DNA from: Spirochaetales bacterium
GTDB taxonomy: Bacteria; Spirochaetota; Spirochaetia; CADAEX01
DNA length: 64,000 bases
Direction: 5' to 3'
NCBI GenBank assembly: GCA_024233785.1
Contig: JACKPD010000003.1
Location: 40,190-104,189, forward strand
The position numbers and the translations under genes are program-made. The notes under the pieces were generated by a model. That model worked only from the letters and a program-made list of their open reading frames with translations, had not been told where the DNA came from and ran no database searches. Below are positions 9,722 to 18,909 of this stretch, in pieces (within the stretch, counting starts at the first letter, position 1; every line of letters starts with the position of its first letter).

Positions 9722-10498
9722 TCAAGTAAAAATATTGTTCCTTAGTTTTTTAAGAAATTTTCCCATCTCTTCATGGTCCCTTGCGCTGATAATGTGGGTA
9801 AGATAGGTAAGCTGTGAGTTTATATTCCTCAGCTGGTCTATAGTATAATTGTTGAACATTATTTCGGTAAGCAGGTGGTCATCCTCGCTCAAAAGCCCTT
9901 TGGCTATACCCATATGCTTACGGAAGGTTGTTCCCGGCGCTTCCTGCTTTTCCATACATGCCGCAAAAACCATGGTTGAGGCAAAAGGGATGGAAAGAGA
10001 ATAGGCTATAGTTCTGTCATGCTCCTCAAAACTGTTATAAAAAATATTGAGCTTAAGCTCCCTGTACAGCGTCTCAAAAAAGGTTATTCCCGCTTTGCAG
10101 GACTCGCTTATAATTATCGCGTTTTCATTGCTGAGATCTCTTACGTTGGCAAATGTAGGGCCGAACATCGGGTGGGTCGAGACAAACGGCATTTTTGTTT
10201 TTTTATAAAAATCCTCAAGCCCTGTTTTTACCGAAGCTGTGTCTGCCAGTATGCATTTTTTTGAGAGATAGGGAATTACAGACTCAAAGGCCTCGATAGT
10301 TCCGTTAAGGCTTACGCAGTTTATCGCAATACCGGGATTGAATTCTTTTGTCTCTTTAAGGTCCATGAACCTCTTCACATTGATGAAATATTTCATCTTT
10401 CTCGGGTCCCTGTCATAAACAGCGACATCATGGTCGTGGCACAGTTCCTCGCAAAGCCAGGAACCGATATGCCCGGTCCCGATTATCAATATTTTCAT
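9722..10498 (-). CDS. tyrA: prephenate dehydrogenase
   Basis: N-terminal Rossmann GTGHIGS motif and a TyrA-like C-terminal domain. Last gene of the aro operon. Confidence 0.75.
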   Translation of the reverse strand: MKILIIGTGHIGSWLCEELCHDHDVAVYDRDPRKMKYFINVKRFMDLKETKEFNPGIAINCVSLNGTIEAFESVIPYLSKKCILADTASVKTGLEDFYKKTKMPFVSTHPMFGPTFANVRDLSNENAIIISESCKAGITFFETLYRELKLNIFYNSFEEHDRTIAYSLSIPFASTMVFAACMEKQEAPGTTFRKHMGIAKGLLSEDDHLLTEIMFNNYTIDQLRNINSQLTYLTHIISARDHEEMGKFLKKLRNNIFT

Positions 10499-10518
10499 AA
10501 TATTTCTCCTTCTATTCC

Positions 10519-11574
10519 CTATATTGTCTTTTCATTGTAAAAACCAAGAACTTTAAATCCTGTTGTGGCTTCTTTCAGTTTATCGAACAGAACCTTTACA
10601 GCCGGGTCATCTTCCTTAATCTGAAAATCAAGGAAAAAAGCGAACTCGCCGGGCGCTGAGGGAACAGATTCAATCCTTGTGAGGTTAATCCCTGCTTCCG
10701 CGAAAATATTCAGGGTTTTAAAAAGAGAGCCGGTTTTATGCTCGGTAGAAAATACTATTGAACATTTGCTTCCCTTTGTTTTTCTGTCGTCAACCTTTGA
10801 GATTATAAAAAATCTTGTCTTGTTGTCATCCCTGTCCTGAATATTCTCCTTGATTATCTCAAGGCCGTAGAGGTTGGCCGCAAGCCTGCTTGCAATAGCT
10901 GCAGAACCTTTCAGCTGCTTTCTTGATATCATCCTTGCAGCCCCGGCAGTATCATAGTAAGGGGCCGGCTCAAGCTTGTTCCTGCTTAAAAAGTCCCTGC
11001 ACTGGGAGAGCGCCTGGTTATGGGAAAAAGCGTTTCTGACTTCCCTGTAATCTGAACCGGGAAGTATCATAAGGCAATGGGAAACCGCCATTTCAACCGC
11101 AGCGACAACTTTAAGGTCCTTTTTCAGAAGAAGACTGTTTACTTCCCCGACAATTCCTCCAAGGTTGTTTTCTACCGGGACAAGACCGTAATCATAAAGC
11201 CCCGCCTCAACCCCTTCGAATACATCCTCGAATTCCAGGCAGGGGACAGTTACGCCGCTATTATCCCATTTCTTCGCTGCTTCCTCACTATAGGCGCCGT
11301 GTTCTCCCTGAAAACCTATAACTGTACAGGGAATATTCTGAAGTTTCTTGCTTTCCTCAATTATTATCTTATAGATTCTATCTGTAAAATCTCCCTTAAG
11401 CAGGCCATGAGAATTGTCATATATTTTTTTAAGAACAATTTTTTCCCGTTCATCATCTTCCGTGTTTTTCTTGAATTTCCTTGTCATCACAGCCTGTTCC
11501 ATTCTGTCATTAAGAAGTTTCAGTATCTGCTGATCAATTCTGTCAATGTTTTCCCTGAGCATTTCAAGTTTCAT
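10519..11574 (-). CDS. pheA: bifunctional chorismate mutase / prephenate dehydratase
   Basis: N-terminal AroQ chorismate mutase helix, PDT domain and C-terminal ACT domain. Confidence 0.85.
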   Translation of the reverse strand: MKLEMLRENIDRIDQQILKLLNDRMEQAVMTRKFKKNTEDDEREKIVLKKIYDNSHGLLKGDFTDRIYKIIIEESKKLQNIPCTVIGFQGEHGAYSEEAAKKWDNSGVTVPCLEFEDVFEGVEAGLYDYGLVPVENNLGGIVGEVNSLLLKKDLKVVAAVEMAVSHCLMILPGSDYREVRNAFSHNQALSQCRDFLSRNKLEPAPYYDTAGAARMISRKQLKGSAAIASRLAANLYGLEIIKENIQDRDDNKTRFFIISKVDDRKTKGSKCSIVFSTEHKTGSLFKTLNIFAEAGINLTRIESVPSAPGEFAFFLDFQIKEDDPAVKVLFDKLKEATTGFKVLGFYNEKTI

Positions 11575-11597
11575 ATTAATACCTCCGTTTTTCCTTA

Positions 11598-12587
11598 TTA
11601 TTGTATATCCTGATAAATCCTGTTTATCAGGAAAAGATCGGCTGCCGCAATTGCTGCTGCTGCCTCAATAACAGGGGGAACCCTGAGCGCAAAACTGGTA
11701 TCATGCCGACCTTCCGCCTTAAGTTCTCCCATTTCTTTTTTTTCCATGTTAAATGTAATCTGCGTCTTTGCTATGCTTGATGTAGGCTTCATGGCCAGGC
11801 GGAAAAATATTTCATTTCCGTTTGTAATGCCGCCGTTGATGCCTGCATGATTGTTCGTTTCTGTTTTTCCGTTAAAAGAAATAAAATTATCGTTATGCTC
11901 GCTTCCCCTCATTGAAGCAGCCTTGAAGCCGGACCCGAACTCAAGCCCTCTTACCCCCGGAACTGCAAATATAATATGGGCCAGGACTGATTCAAAGGAA
12001 TCAAAAAAAGGCTCGCCCAAACCTTGAGTCATATTCCGGATTCTGCATTCGATAATTCCCCCCACCGAATCGTTATCGGATGCAGCTTCACTTACAGCCT
12101 TTTTGATATCTCTGCTCCCTCCTGCCTCGACAAGCTCCGCTGAAATATCAGTATCTTTAATAATTTTTTTTGCTATCACACCTGCCGCCACAAGGCCTAC
12201 AGTTATACGCCCTGAAAAATGGCCGCTGCCCCTCATGTCATTGTAGCCCTTATATTTGAGATTTGACGTAAAGTCAGCATGACCGGGACGCGGCATTGCC
12301 CTGAATTTTGAATAATCGGAAGATCTTGTATCGCTGTTGCGGAAGATAATTGCAACAGGCGCTCCGGTCGTTCTGCCGTTGAAAAAACCTGATATAACCT
12401 CAGGAATATCGCTTTCCTTCCGCGGAGTCGTGCCGTCCGCCCCTGACCTTCTGCGCGCAAGATCCTTTTCAAAATCATCATCAGTAACAGGAATTCCCGG
12501 AGGGCAGCCGTCAATAACTATGCCTGCTCCCGCTCCGTGAGATTCTCCGAAAATGGAAACCCTGAATATCCTTCCAAAACTATTCAT
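11598..12587 (-). CDS. aroC: chorismate synthase
   Basis: FGESHGAGAG motif and full-length similarity pattern. Confidence 0.9.
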   Translation of the reverse strand: MNSFGRIFRVSIFGESHGAGAGIVIDGCPPGIPVTDDDFEKDLARRRSGADGTTPRKESDIPEVISGFFNGRTTGAPVAIIFRNSDTRSSDYSKFRAMPRPGHADFTSNLKYKGYNDMRGSGHFSGRITVGLVAAGVIAKKIIKDTDISAELVEAGGSRDIKKAVSEAASDNDSVGGIIECRIRNMTQGLGEPFFDSFESVLAHIIFAVPGVRGLEFGSGFKAASMRGSEHNDNFISFNGKTETNNHAGINGGITNGNEIFFRLAMKPTSSIAKTQITFNMEKKEMGELKAEGRHDTSFALRVPPVIEAAAAIAAADLFLINRIYQDIQ

Positions 12588-13881
12588 CTATATTTCCCCC
12601 TATACTTTTCAAATCTTCGAAAAAAGCGGGCCATGATTTGGATACCGCCTGCGCGTTCTCAATTTCAACCTTTCCGCTGCCCGCAAGAGCTGAAACAGCA
12701 AGCGCCATTGCTATCCTGTGGTCGTTATGGGAATCTCCGCTGAAACCCCTTATTCCGCTGCCGCCGGTTATCTTCATCGTTCTTCCGTCAGATTCTATCT
12801 TTACTCCGCCTTTTGCGAATTCCGTTATAAGGCTTGTTTCGCGGTCTGATTCCTTATGTTTAAGCCTTTCTGCCCCATGAATAACGGAAGTACCGCGGCA
12901 GCGGGAGGCAAGGGCCGCGAGGGGCGGAAAAAGATCGGGCGAATCTGCTGCGTCAAACTCAAAGGCGGATAGCGGTTTTCCCGGGTTTCTTGCTTCAATA
13001 TACCCCTCTCCTGTTATAATATCCGCTCCGCATGCCTTGAGAACCTCCATAACGGCCCTGTCAGCCTGTTTAGAGTCTGACCTCAGGTTTACCACCCTTA
13101 CCTCACCGGCAAGCGCCCCCGCGGCAAGGAGAAACGCTGCTGATGACCAGTCTCCCTCGGCTTCTATCCTGCCCGGGGATTTGTATTTCTGTCTCCCTTT
13201 TACACTGAAAACTTCATAACCGCTGTTTTCAATGCTGCACCCGAATCTTGAGGCAAGCTCAATTGTCATGTCTATGTACGGCCTGCTTTTAAGGTTTATA
13301 ACCTTTACCTCGGAATCATTGGCAGCTGCGGGAAGAGCCGCGAGAAGGCCGGTCAAAATCTGGGAGCTTAAAGATCCGTCGATAACCGCATACCCGCCCT
13401 TTAGAGGGCCGCTGATCCTTACAGGCGGAAAACCGCCGTTATCAGATATCTTTACGCCAAACGCAGAGAGCGTTTTTGTTATCATTCCGGTCGGACGGCT
13501 TACCAGGGAGCCTTCCGCCTCAAGTTCATAAGTTCCCTCCAGGAGGGAGACGACAGGAGAAAACATCCTTATGGCAAGGCCGGACTCGCCGCAGTCAAGT
13601 CTGACAATATTTTGTAAATCTCCGGGATTCTGTAATGAGGGATCCGAATACCTTTCTCTTGAGCTATTTATAATAAGTGAAGAACTCCCCCTTGAAACAG
13701 AAGCGCCGAGTTTTTCAATTATTCCAATAGCCGCAGCAACATCGCTGCAGTAATCCGGATTTAGTATTTCCGTCTCCCCGGATGCAAGCCATGAAAAAGC
13801 AACAAGTCTCTGGAGAGCGCTTTTTGATGACGGGGCCCTGATCTGTCCCCTGATTTCAGAACATGTGACTGATTTCTTCAT
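12580..13881 (-). CDS. aroA: 3-phosphoshikimate 1-carboxyvinyltransferase (EPSP synthase)
   Basis: LPSSKSALQR motif. 433 aa. Overlaps aroC by 8 nt. Confidence 0.9.
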   Translation of the reverse strand: MKKSVTCSEIRGQIRAPSSKSALQRLVAFSWLASGETEILNPDYCSDVAAAIGIIEKLGASVSRGSSSLIINSSRERYSDPSLQNPGDLQNIVRLDCGESGLAIRMFSPVVSLLEGTYELEAEGSLVSRPTGMITKTLSAFGVKISDNGGFPPVRISGPLKGGYAVIDGSLSSQILTGLLAALPAAANDSEVKVINLKSRPYIDMTIELASRFGCSIENSGYEVFSVKGRQKYKSPGRIEAEGDWSSAAFLLAAGALAGEVRVVNLRSDSKQADRAVMEVLKACGADIITGEGYIEARNPGKPLSAFEFDAADSPDLFPPLAALASRCRGTSVIHGAERLKHKESDRETSLITEFAKGGVKIESDGRTMKITGGSGIRGFSGDSHNDHRIAMALAVSALAGSGKVEIENAQAVSKSWPAFFEDLKSIGGNIDE

Positions 13882-15286
13882 ATATTTTTCCCGCTGCGCT
13901 CTGCGCCCCCCTTTCAGACGTATTAATTATAAGCTGCGATGTAAACCCGTAATAATCTATTCTCTCATTGTAGAGTTTTACCGCCTCTTCCATTCTCCTC
14001 TCATTGTTTAAAAGAGGCCTCGAACTGTCTGTAATCCTCGCGGCGGATATTTCAGGGGGGGAGGCAAGCCAGACAGGGAAACTGCGTTTTTTGATTATAC
14101 CCCTGTTTACGCTATCCGCTACAGCTCCGCCGCCGCAGGAGATAACCTTCCCTTTTTCCTGTTCAAAGACAGTCCTGATCATGTTCCTTTCAATTTCCCT
14201 GAAACAGGCCTCTCCCCTTTTTTTGAAAATTTCAGAAATGCTCATTTTCTCTCTCTTTTCAATTTCAGAGTCAATATCTATAAAACCCCTGGATAACAGC
14301 TCCGCAAGATATTTTCCTGTTGTGCTCTTGCCTGATCCCATAAACCCGACAAGAGAGATATTATTTATTTTTTCAGTCTCAAGATCGTCATCTCCCACAA
14401 GATCACTGAAGTTTTCAGGCAGTCTGCTGCCGGTAAAAATCTCAAACGCAAAACCAGCCTGATTAACCAGCCATTTAAGACCTGAGATTACAGAAATATC
14501 CCTGTCCGATGAGTCTCCGGCAGAAGTCCCTGCGGATAACCGGAGCGGGCTGCTTCTATAATTGGCATCAAACAGAACAGCGCCTTTTTTTATCCTGTCA
14601 GCATCAATAATGAGCTTGTCCAGAGGGAGGGCATTGACAATTATGTCGGCTCCCCCTGCAAGAGCGTTTACATTATCAAGTTTTTCCGCCCTGCAGTTTG
14701 GAATCCATCCTGTTCTCTCTTCCGCTTTTTCAAGTGTCCTGTTAAATACTGTTACATTAAAACCCGCACGGCTCAAACCCCAGGCAGCGGCAATACCTGC
14801 GCCGCCCGCGCCCAGAACAAACGCTGTTTTTCCATTGATAATACCGGAAGCTTTTTTTACAGATTCATATACTCCCAGGTAATCTGTGTTGAATGCAGAT
14901 AGACCGGGTGAGCCGGAAGCTTTTTTTACCAGCTTAAGGGTATTTGCCGCCTTCAGGCTTACTACAGCATCTTCTGCGGTATCAGATATTTCAGCCGCCT
15001 TTTCCTTGAACGGGGATGTTACATTAAGGCCTGTTATACCGGTTATAAGAGCAGTCTCTACCGCCTCATCAAGCGTATCTGCCGCGATACGGGAATAAAA
15101 TCCGTCGAGGCCCTTGTAATCCAGAAATTTCCTGAAAATTTGAGGGCTTTTACTGTGAGCGCAAGGATTTCCTGTTACTGCAAGGCGGATACTACCAGAC
15201 ACTTCCAAGCCTCCCCTGCTCGGTGAGGAGCTCATTATAATCAAGCTGCCCTGACGCTGTCGCTGTTCTTCCGGGAAGGCTTGCAT
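13856..15286 (-). CDS. aroE-aroK: fused shikimate dehydrogenase / shikimate kinase
   Basis: N-terminal shikimate dehydrogenase (GNPCAHSKSP, NAD-binding GAGGAG). C-terminal P-loop kinase GFMGSGKST. The likely true start is the Met near 15235 (MSSSP...). Confidence 0.85.
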   Translation of the reverse strand: MQAFPEEQRQRQGSLIIMSSSPSRGGLEVSGSIRLAVTGNPCAHSKSPQIFRKFLDYKGLDGFYSRIAADTLDEAVETALITGITGLNVTSPFKEKAAEISDTAEDAVVSLKAANTLKLVKKASGSPGLSAFNTDYLGVYESVKKASGIINGKTAFVLGAGGAGIAAAWGLSRAGFNVTVFNRTLEKAEERTGWIPNCRAEKLDNVNALAGGADIIVNALPLDKLIIDADRIKKGAVLFDANYRSSPLRLSAGTSAGDSSDRDISVISGLKWLVNQAGFAFEIFTGSRLPENFSDLVGDDDLETEKINNISLVGFMGSGKSTTGKYLAELLSRGFIDIDSEIEKREKMSISEIFKKRGEACFREIERNMIRTVFEQEKGKVISCGGGAVADSVNRGIIKKRSFPVWLASPPEISAARITDSSRPLLNNERRMEEAVKLYNERIDYYGFTSQLIINTSERGAQSAAGKIYEEISHMF

Positions 15287-15863
15287 AGGTAAACCAGCTG
15301 CCTGCGCTTTTGGAGAGGATTCTCACTCTTCCGCCCATTTTCCCCATACCCGCGATTATTATTCTGGCATTACTGTAATACTCCGGCAGGCTTAAAAGCC
15401 TCTCAACATGAACGTTATTTTCAGCTGTACATGCAATTTTAACCGCGTCAGCACCATATTCAAGAGCCCTTGCTATTATTCCGTCAATATCGGACAGGGG
15501 GGGCGTTTCCTTAAAATCGTGATACGAAATAATAAGGAAAGCCTTTTCTCTGCAGAAAGATTTAACAGCGGATATAAAAGCCGGGCTCTCGGAAATATCA
15601 AGATCAACAAACGCTGCTCCGCTTTTGACAGCCGTCTCAAGAACCGGAAGCCGTTCCTTGCCGCCGGCCGCCCCTTTGCGGTATGTCGCTATAAGTTTTT
15701 TATGGGACGAAAATATTTTTTCCGAAATAAAAGGGTCAACACGGTCCAGCAGATCAAGTCTTATTTCCGCGAAATCAAACGCGGAAGCAGCCCTGATCGC
15801 CTCCCTGTAGTCCTTTTCACCTACCGATACGCAGATCATCAAGAGCTCCTGTAAGTTTTTCAA
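15192..15863 (-). CDS. aroD: 3-dehydroquinate dehydratase, type I
   Basis: Type I DHQase pattern (EIRLDLL, ISYHDF..TPP, AGMGKMG..SR). Confidence 0.8.
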   Translation of the reverse strand: MKNLQELLMICVSVGEKDYREAIRAASAFDFAEIRLDLLDRVDPFISEKIFSSHKKLIATYRKGAAGGKERLPVLETAVKSGAAFVDLDISESPAFISAVKSFCREKAFLIISYHDFKETPPLSDIDGIIARALEYGADAVKIACTAENNVHVERLLSLPEYYSNARIIIAGMGKMGGRVRILSKSAGSWFTYASLPGRTATASGQLDYNELLTEQGRLGSVW

Positions 15864-16878
15864 GATGTATTTTCATGGAAAAAACATCTCCCGGTTTCCT
15901 GATAAAAACAAAATAAATATCGCTTTTCTCTTTCTTTTTATCATGCTGCAGGAGGTTTATTATCTGTTTTCTTTCAGTGTTTATTTCCAGATCAACTCCT
16001 GTCTTTTTAAGTAGAGCTGTTATTTTCAAATTTTCATTTTTATCAAGAAACCCCTGCGCAGTGGAAAAATCCGAAGCGAATTTAATGCCCTTAATTACAG
16101 CAATGCCATGAGGAAGTTTTTCCCCGATCTCTATGGCATGGGCAATGGTGTGGCCGAGGTTAAGTATCCGTCTCTGTCCCGATTCTCTTTCGTCATTTGC
16201 AACAACTTCAGCCTTTATCTTTATGGATTCGCTTATGAAAAAAGGGAGGAGATCTTCTCCGCCGCTTCCCGTAATTTTAATCCTGCCGGAATTATCGAGT
16301 GATACAGAATCGGACGCAGTATCAAATATTTTTCCGCCTGCTATTATGCAGTGCTTAAGTATCTCTCCCATCCCGCTTGTAATCTCTTCCGCCGGTATTG
16401 TATTTAATGTACCGGTATCAATTATAACAAATTCAGGCTGGGTAAAAGTGCCTATAATATTTTTAGCCCCCATGAAATTTACACCGTTTTTGCCGCCTAT
16501 ACTGGCATCTACCTGGGCAAGCAGGGTTGTAGAGACAAAACCGTAGGACAGTCCCCTCATATAGGTGGCAGATGCGAATCCGGTAATATCTGTTACAACA
16601 CCGCCCCCGATACCGATTATGAGACTTCGCCTGTCAGCGCCGTACTCAAAAAGTTTTTTATAAATAAATTCAACACTTTGAAGGTTTTTGTTCTCTTCTC
16701 CCGTTTTAATAACAATTGTTTTATATTGTTCAAAAAACTTTCCATAGTGCGAGGCCACATTATTGTCAGTAATAATTATGGTATTCCTTCCCCGGATATA
16801 GTTTTTTAAATTTGCAGTTCTTTCCCCGATTAAAACATCAGTAGATCCCGAAGCTGCCGTTACGGTAAATTTTTCCAT
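15817..16878 (-). CDS. aroB: 3-dehydroquinate synthase
   Basis: GGGVVTD...GG nucleotide-binding and metal-binding histidines. 353 aa. Confidence 0.85.
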   Translation of the reverse strand: MEKFTVTAASGSTDVLIGERTANLKNYIRGRNTIIITDNNVASHYGKFFEQYKTIVIKTGEENKNLQSVEFIYKKLFEYGADRRSLIIGIGGGVVTDITGFASATYMRGLSYGFVSTTLLAQVDASIGGKNGVNFMGAKNIIGTFTQPEFVIIDTGTLNTIPAEEITSGMGEILKHCIIAGGKIFDTASDSVSLDNSGRIKITGSGGEDLLPFFISESIKIKAEVVANDERESGQRRILNLGHTIAHAIEIGEKLPHGIAVIKGIKFASDFSTAQGFLDKNENLKITALLKKTGVDLEINTERKQIINLLQHDKKKEKSDIYFVFIRKPGDVFSMKIHLEKLTGALDDLRIGR

Positions 16879-16893
16879 ATCAATTCCTTCCGC

Positions 16894-17715
16894 TTAACTG
16901 TTAACTATGCTGTCATAGCTTTCTTTAAGCTGCCTTATTTTCCGGATAAGGGTTTTAAAAGCTGCCGGCGTAAGCTGCTGTGAGGCATCGCTCAAAGCTT
17001 TTGAAGGGTCAATGTGAACTTCCAGAAGAATACCGTCCGCCCCTGATGCAACCGATGCTAAAGACATAGGGCCTATCAGGCTGAGTTTCCCGGTACCATG
17101 GGACGGGTCTGCCATTATGGGCAGATGCGTTACCTCTTTCGAAGAAGGGATAATGCTCAGGTCAAGCGTATTACGGGTGTAAGTCTCAAAAGTCCTTATC
17201 CCTCTTTCACAGAGAATAACATCAGGGTTTCCCTCCGCGAGGATATATTCCGCGCAGTTAAGCCATTCGGAAAGGGTTGAGTACATACCTCTTTTCAGAA
17301 GCACCGGTTTTTTCACCCTTCCTGCTTCCTTGAGAAGTGAAAAATTCTGCATATTCCTTGCGCCGATCTGGATAATATCAGCATATTCACATACCCATGA
17401 AACATCCCGGGCATCAACTACTTCTGTTACAATCGGCAGCCCTGTCTCTCTTTTAGCCTTATCCAGAATTTTTAATCCTTTCATTCCAAGTCCCTGAAAA
17501 GCGTAAGGCGACGTCCTTGGCTTGAAAGCCCCGCCCCTCAGCATATCTCCCCCGGCCTCTTTTACCGCTATAGCTGTTTTTATCGTCTGTTCTTCCGTTT
17601 CAACGCTGCAGGGCCCGGCAATGACAACAAAATCACGGCCGACAGTAACATTGCCTATTTTTATTGTTGTCCTTTCTTTTTTTGCGTCAATTGACGCCAG
17701 CTTCAAATCTTTCAT
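16894..17715 (-). CDS. aroF: 3-deoxy-7-phosphoheptulonate (DAHP) synthase, class I-beta core type
   Basis: KPRTSPY..QG PEP-binding motif of the DAHPS/KDO8PS family. Operon context with aroB-aroD favours DAHP synthase over kdsA. ATG at 17713-17715 with AGGAG SD. Confidence 0.75.
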   Translation of the reverse strand: MKDLKLASIDAKKERTTIKIGNVTVGRDFVVIAGPCSVETEEQTIKTAIAVKEAGGDMLRGGAFKPRTSPYAFQGLGMKGLKILDKAKRETGLPIVTEVVDARDVSWVCEYADIIQIGARNMQNFSLLKEAGRVKKPVLLKRGMYSTLSEWLNCAEYILAEGNPDVILCERGIRTFETYTRNTLDLSIIPSSKEVTHLPIMADPSHGTGKLSLIGPMSLASVASGADGILLEVHIDPSKALSDASQQLTPAAFKTLIRKIRQLKESYDSIVNS

Positions 17716-17725
17716 TGGTCATCTC

Positions 17726-17806
17726 CTAAGATTCCTGATTACAATTGCAAAAGAAAAAAAAAGCCGTGATCCTGTGATCACGGCTCTGTATATAGACCTG
17801 TGTCAT
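17726..17806 (-). other. possible 26-codon leader ORF (MTQVYIQSRDHRITAFFFFCNCNQES)
   Basis: ATG to TAG reading through the terminator U-tract, giving four consecutive Phe codons. Stop overlaps the aroF SD. No convincing SD of its own. Confidence 0.2.
17754..17785 (-). terminator. intrinsic terminator / attenuator hairpin in the aro operon leader
   Basis: Perfect 9-10 bp GC-rich stem (gccgtgatc / gatcacggc) with a 4-nt loop. Followed on the minus strand by U9. Lies 40 nt upstream of the aroF start and downstream of a TTGTAA-17-TATTAT promoter-like element. Confidence 0.6.
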
Positions 17807-18065
17807 TCAGGTTTTGTTATAAAGAGGCGTATAAAAATAATAAAAATTAACGCATTTTTTTACAATCATAATTTACTTTGTTATATCTCCAAAAACATAG
17901 TTATAATACTTAAATAATCTTTTTTGCTTTATTTGTCAATATCTATATATAATTAGTTTAATAATATTTTACTTTTATTTGATTTTACAATGAACTATGC
18001 TATATATTATATATATACATTTTTTTTGATTATATTTGAAATTTTAAAGGATATAGGTGGAAGCC

Positions 18066-18755
18066 ATGGCAAAGAAAAAAACTGAAGTTAAAAAAGAAGT
18101 TATAAAAAATAAAAAACCGCTAAAGGCTGTAAAAGCTGCTAAACCGGTAAAAGCCGCAAAAACAGCTAAACCGGTAAAGGCTGTAAAAGCCGCAAAACCT
18201 GTAAAAGCGGTAAAGGAACCGCCCCAGAGAACTCTGACTGAAGAGATGAAAAAGCTTCTGCAGAAAAAAACAGCGGACGCTTATGTAGATTTTTCTGTTA
18301 AAAGTTCACTAACTCCTGCGGAAAAAAGGATTGTTACGCGACTCTGGCTTGCAAAGACAGGTTTAAAAATTGAAGACATTAACTATGCAAGAAACAGGCA
18401 CCCTTACTGGAAGAAAATAAAGATGAAGGGCGCGTCGGAAAGAACAAAGTCAAGAATGGAGAAATTTGACTTCAGTAAGGGAAAACACAAGAAATGGGGG
18501 AAAGAGGAACTGCTCGAATTTCTTGACCTTAACAGCGGCAAGGCAGACTTTGAACTGGCCGAACACTTTAAGTGTTCAATACCTGCGGTTCAGGGTGTAA
18601 GAAGGCTATATAACCTGGCTGTCAAAATACTGGATATTGAAGGCAAAAAGAAAAATAAAACAGCGCTTCACAAGCTGATGCTTATTAATGAAAAAGCACT
18701 GAGAAACATGTATAAGGAATTAAGCCCTGCAAAGACAAAGGCCAGAAAAAAGTAA
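18066..18755 (+). CDS. Lys/Ala-rich histone H1-like repeat protein with C-terminal globular domain
   Basis: ORF track starts at GTG 18057; ATG at 18066 preferred. N-terminal AKPVKA hexapeptide repeats and a very basic 150 aa C-terminal domain. Confidence 0.5.
   Translation: MAKKKTEVKKEVIKNKKPLKAVKAAKPVKAAKTAKPVKAVKAAKPVKAVKEPPQRTLTEEMKKLLQKKTADAYVDFSVKSSLTPAEKRIVTRLWLAKTGLKIEDINYARNRHPYWKKIKMKGASERTKSRMEKFDFSKGKHKKWGKEELLEFLDLNSGKADFELAEHFKCSIPAVQGVRRLYNLAVKILDIEGKKKNKTALHKLMLINEKALRNMYKELSPAKTKARKK
18118..18215 (+). repeat. 18-nt tandem coding repeats (AKPVKA x about 5)
   Basis: Repeated aaaccggtaaaagccgcaaaa-like units visible in the DNA. Confidence 0.6.
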
Positions 18756-18909
18756 CACACCTGCTGCAGTAATTAAGCCTGGAAAAAGACTCACTTAAAA
18801 ACATTGTCATAAACGAACAGACATATTATCTTTTTATATGTCAGAAGGAAGTGACAGGAAAAGAGGGTTCCGGCTGGCTGTTAAATAACACAATTACGCA
18901 GGAGAGACA

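Noticed and set aside
12233-12540. ORFs overlapping aroC in other frames and on the opposite strand
   Set aside because: aroC is unambiguous. The overlapping frames have no conservation signal and are explained by GC-rich codon structure.
16894-17715. Alternative assignment as KDO8P synthase (kdsA)
   Set aside because: The family is shared, but placement as the first gene of an aroB-aroD-aroE/K-aroA-aroC operon argues for DAHP synthase. Needs a profile search to confirm.
17726-17806. Phe-rich leader peptide as proven attenuation sensor
   Set aside because: Kept only as a low-confidence feature. The FFFF run is the terminator U-tract read in one of three frames, the uORF lacks an SD, and the geometry does not fit the classical antiterminator model.
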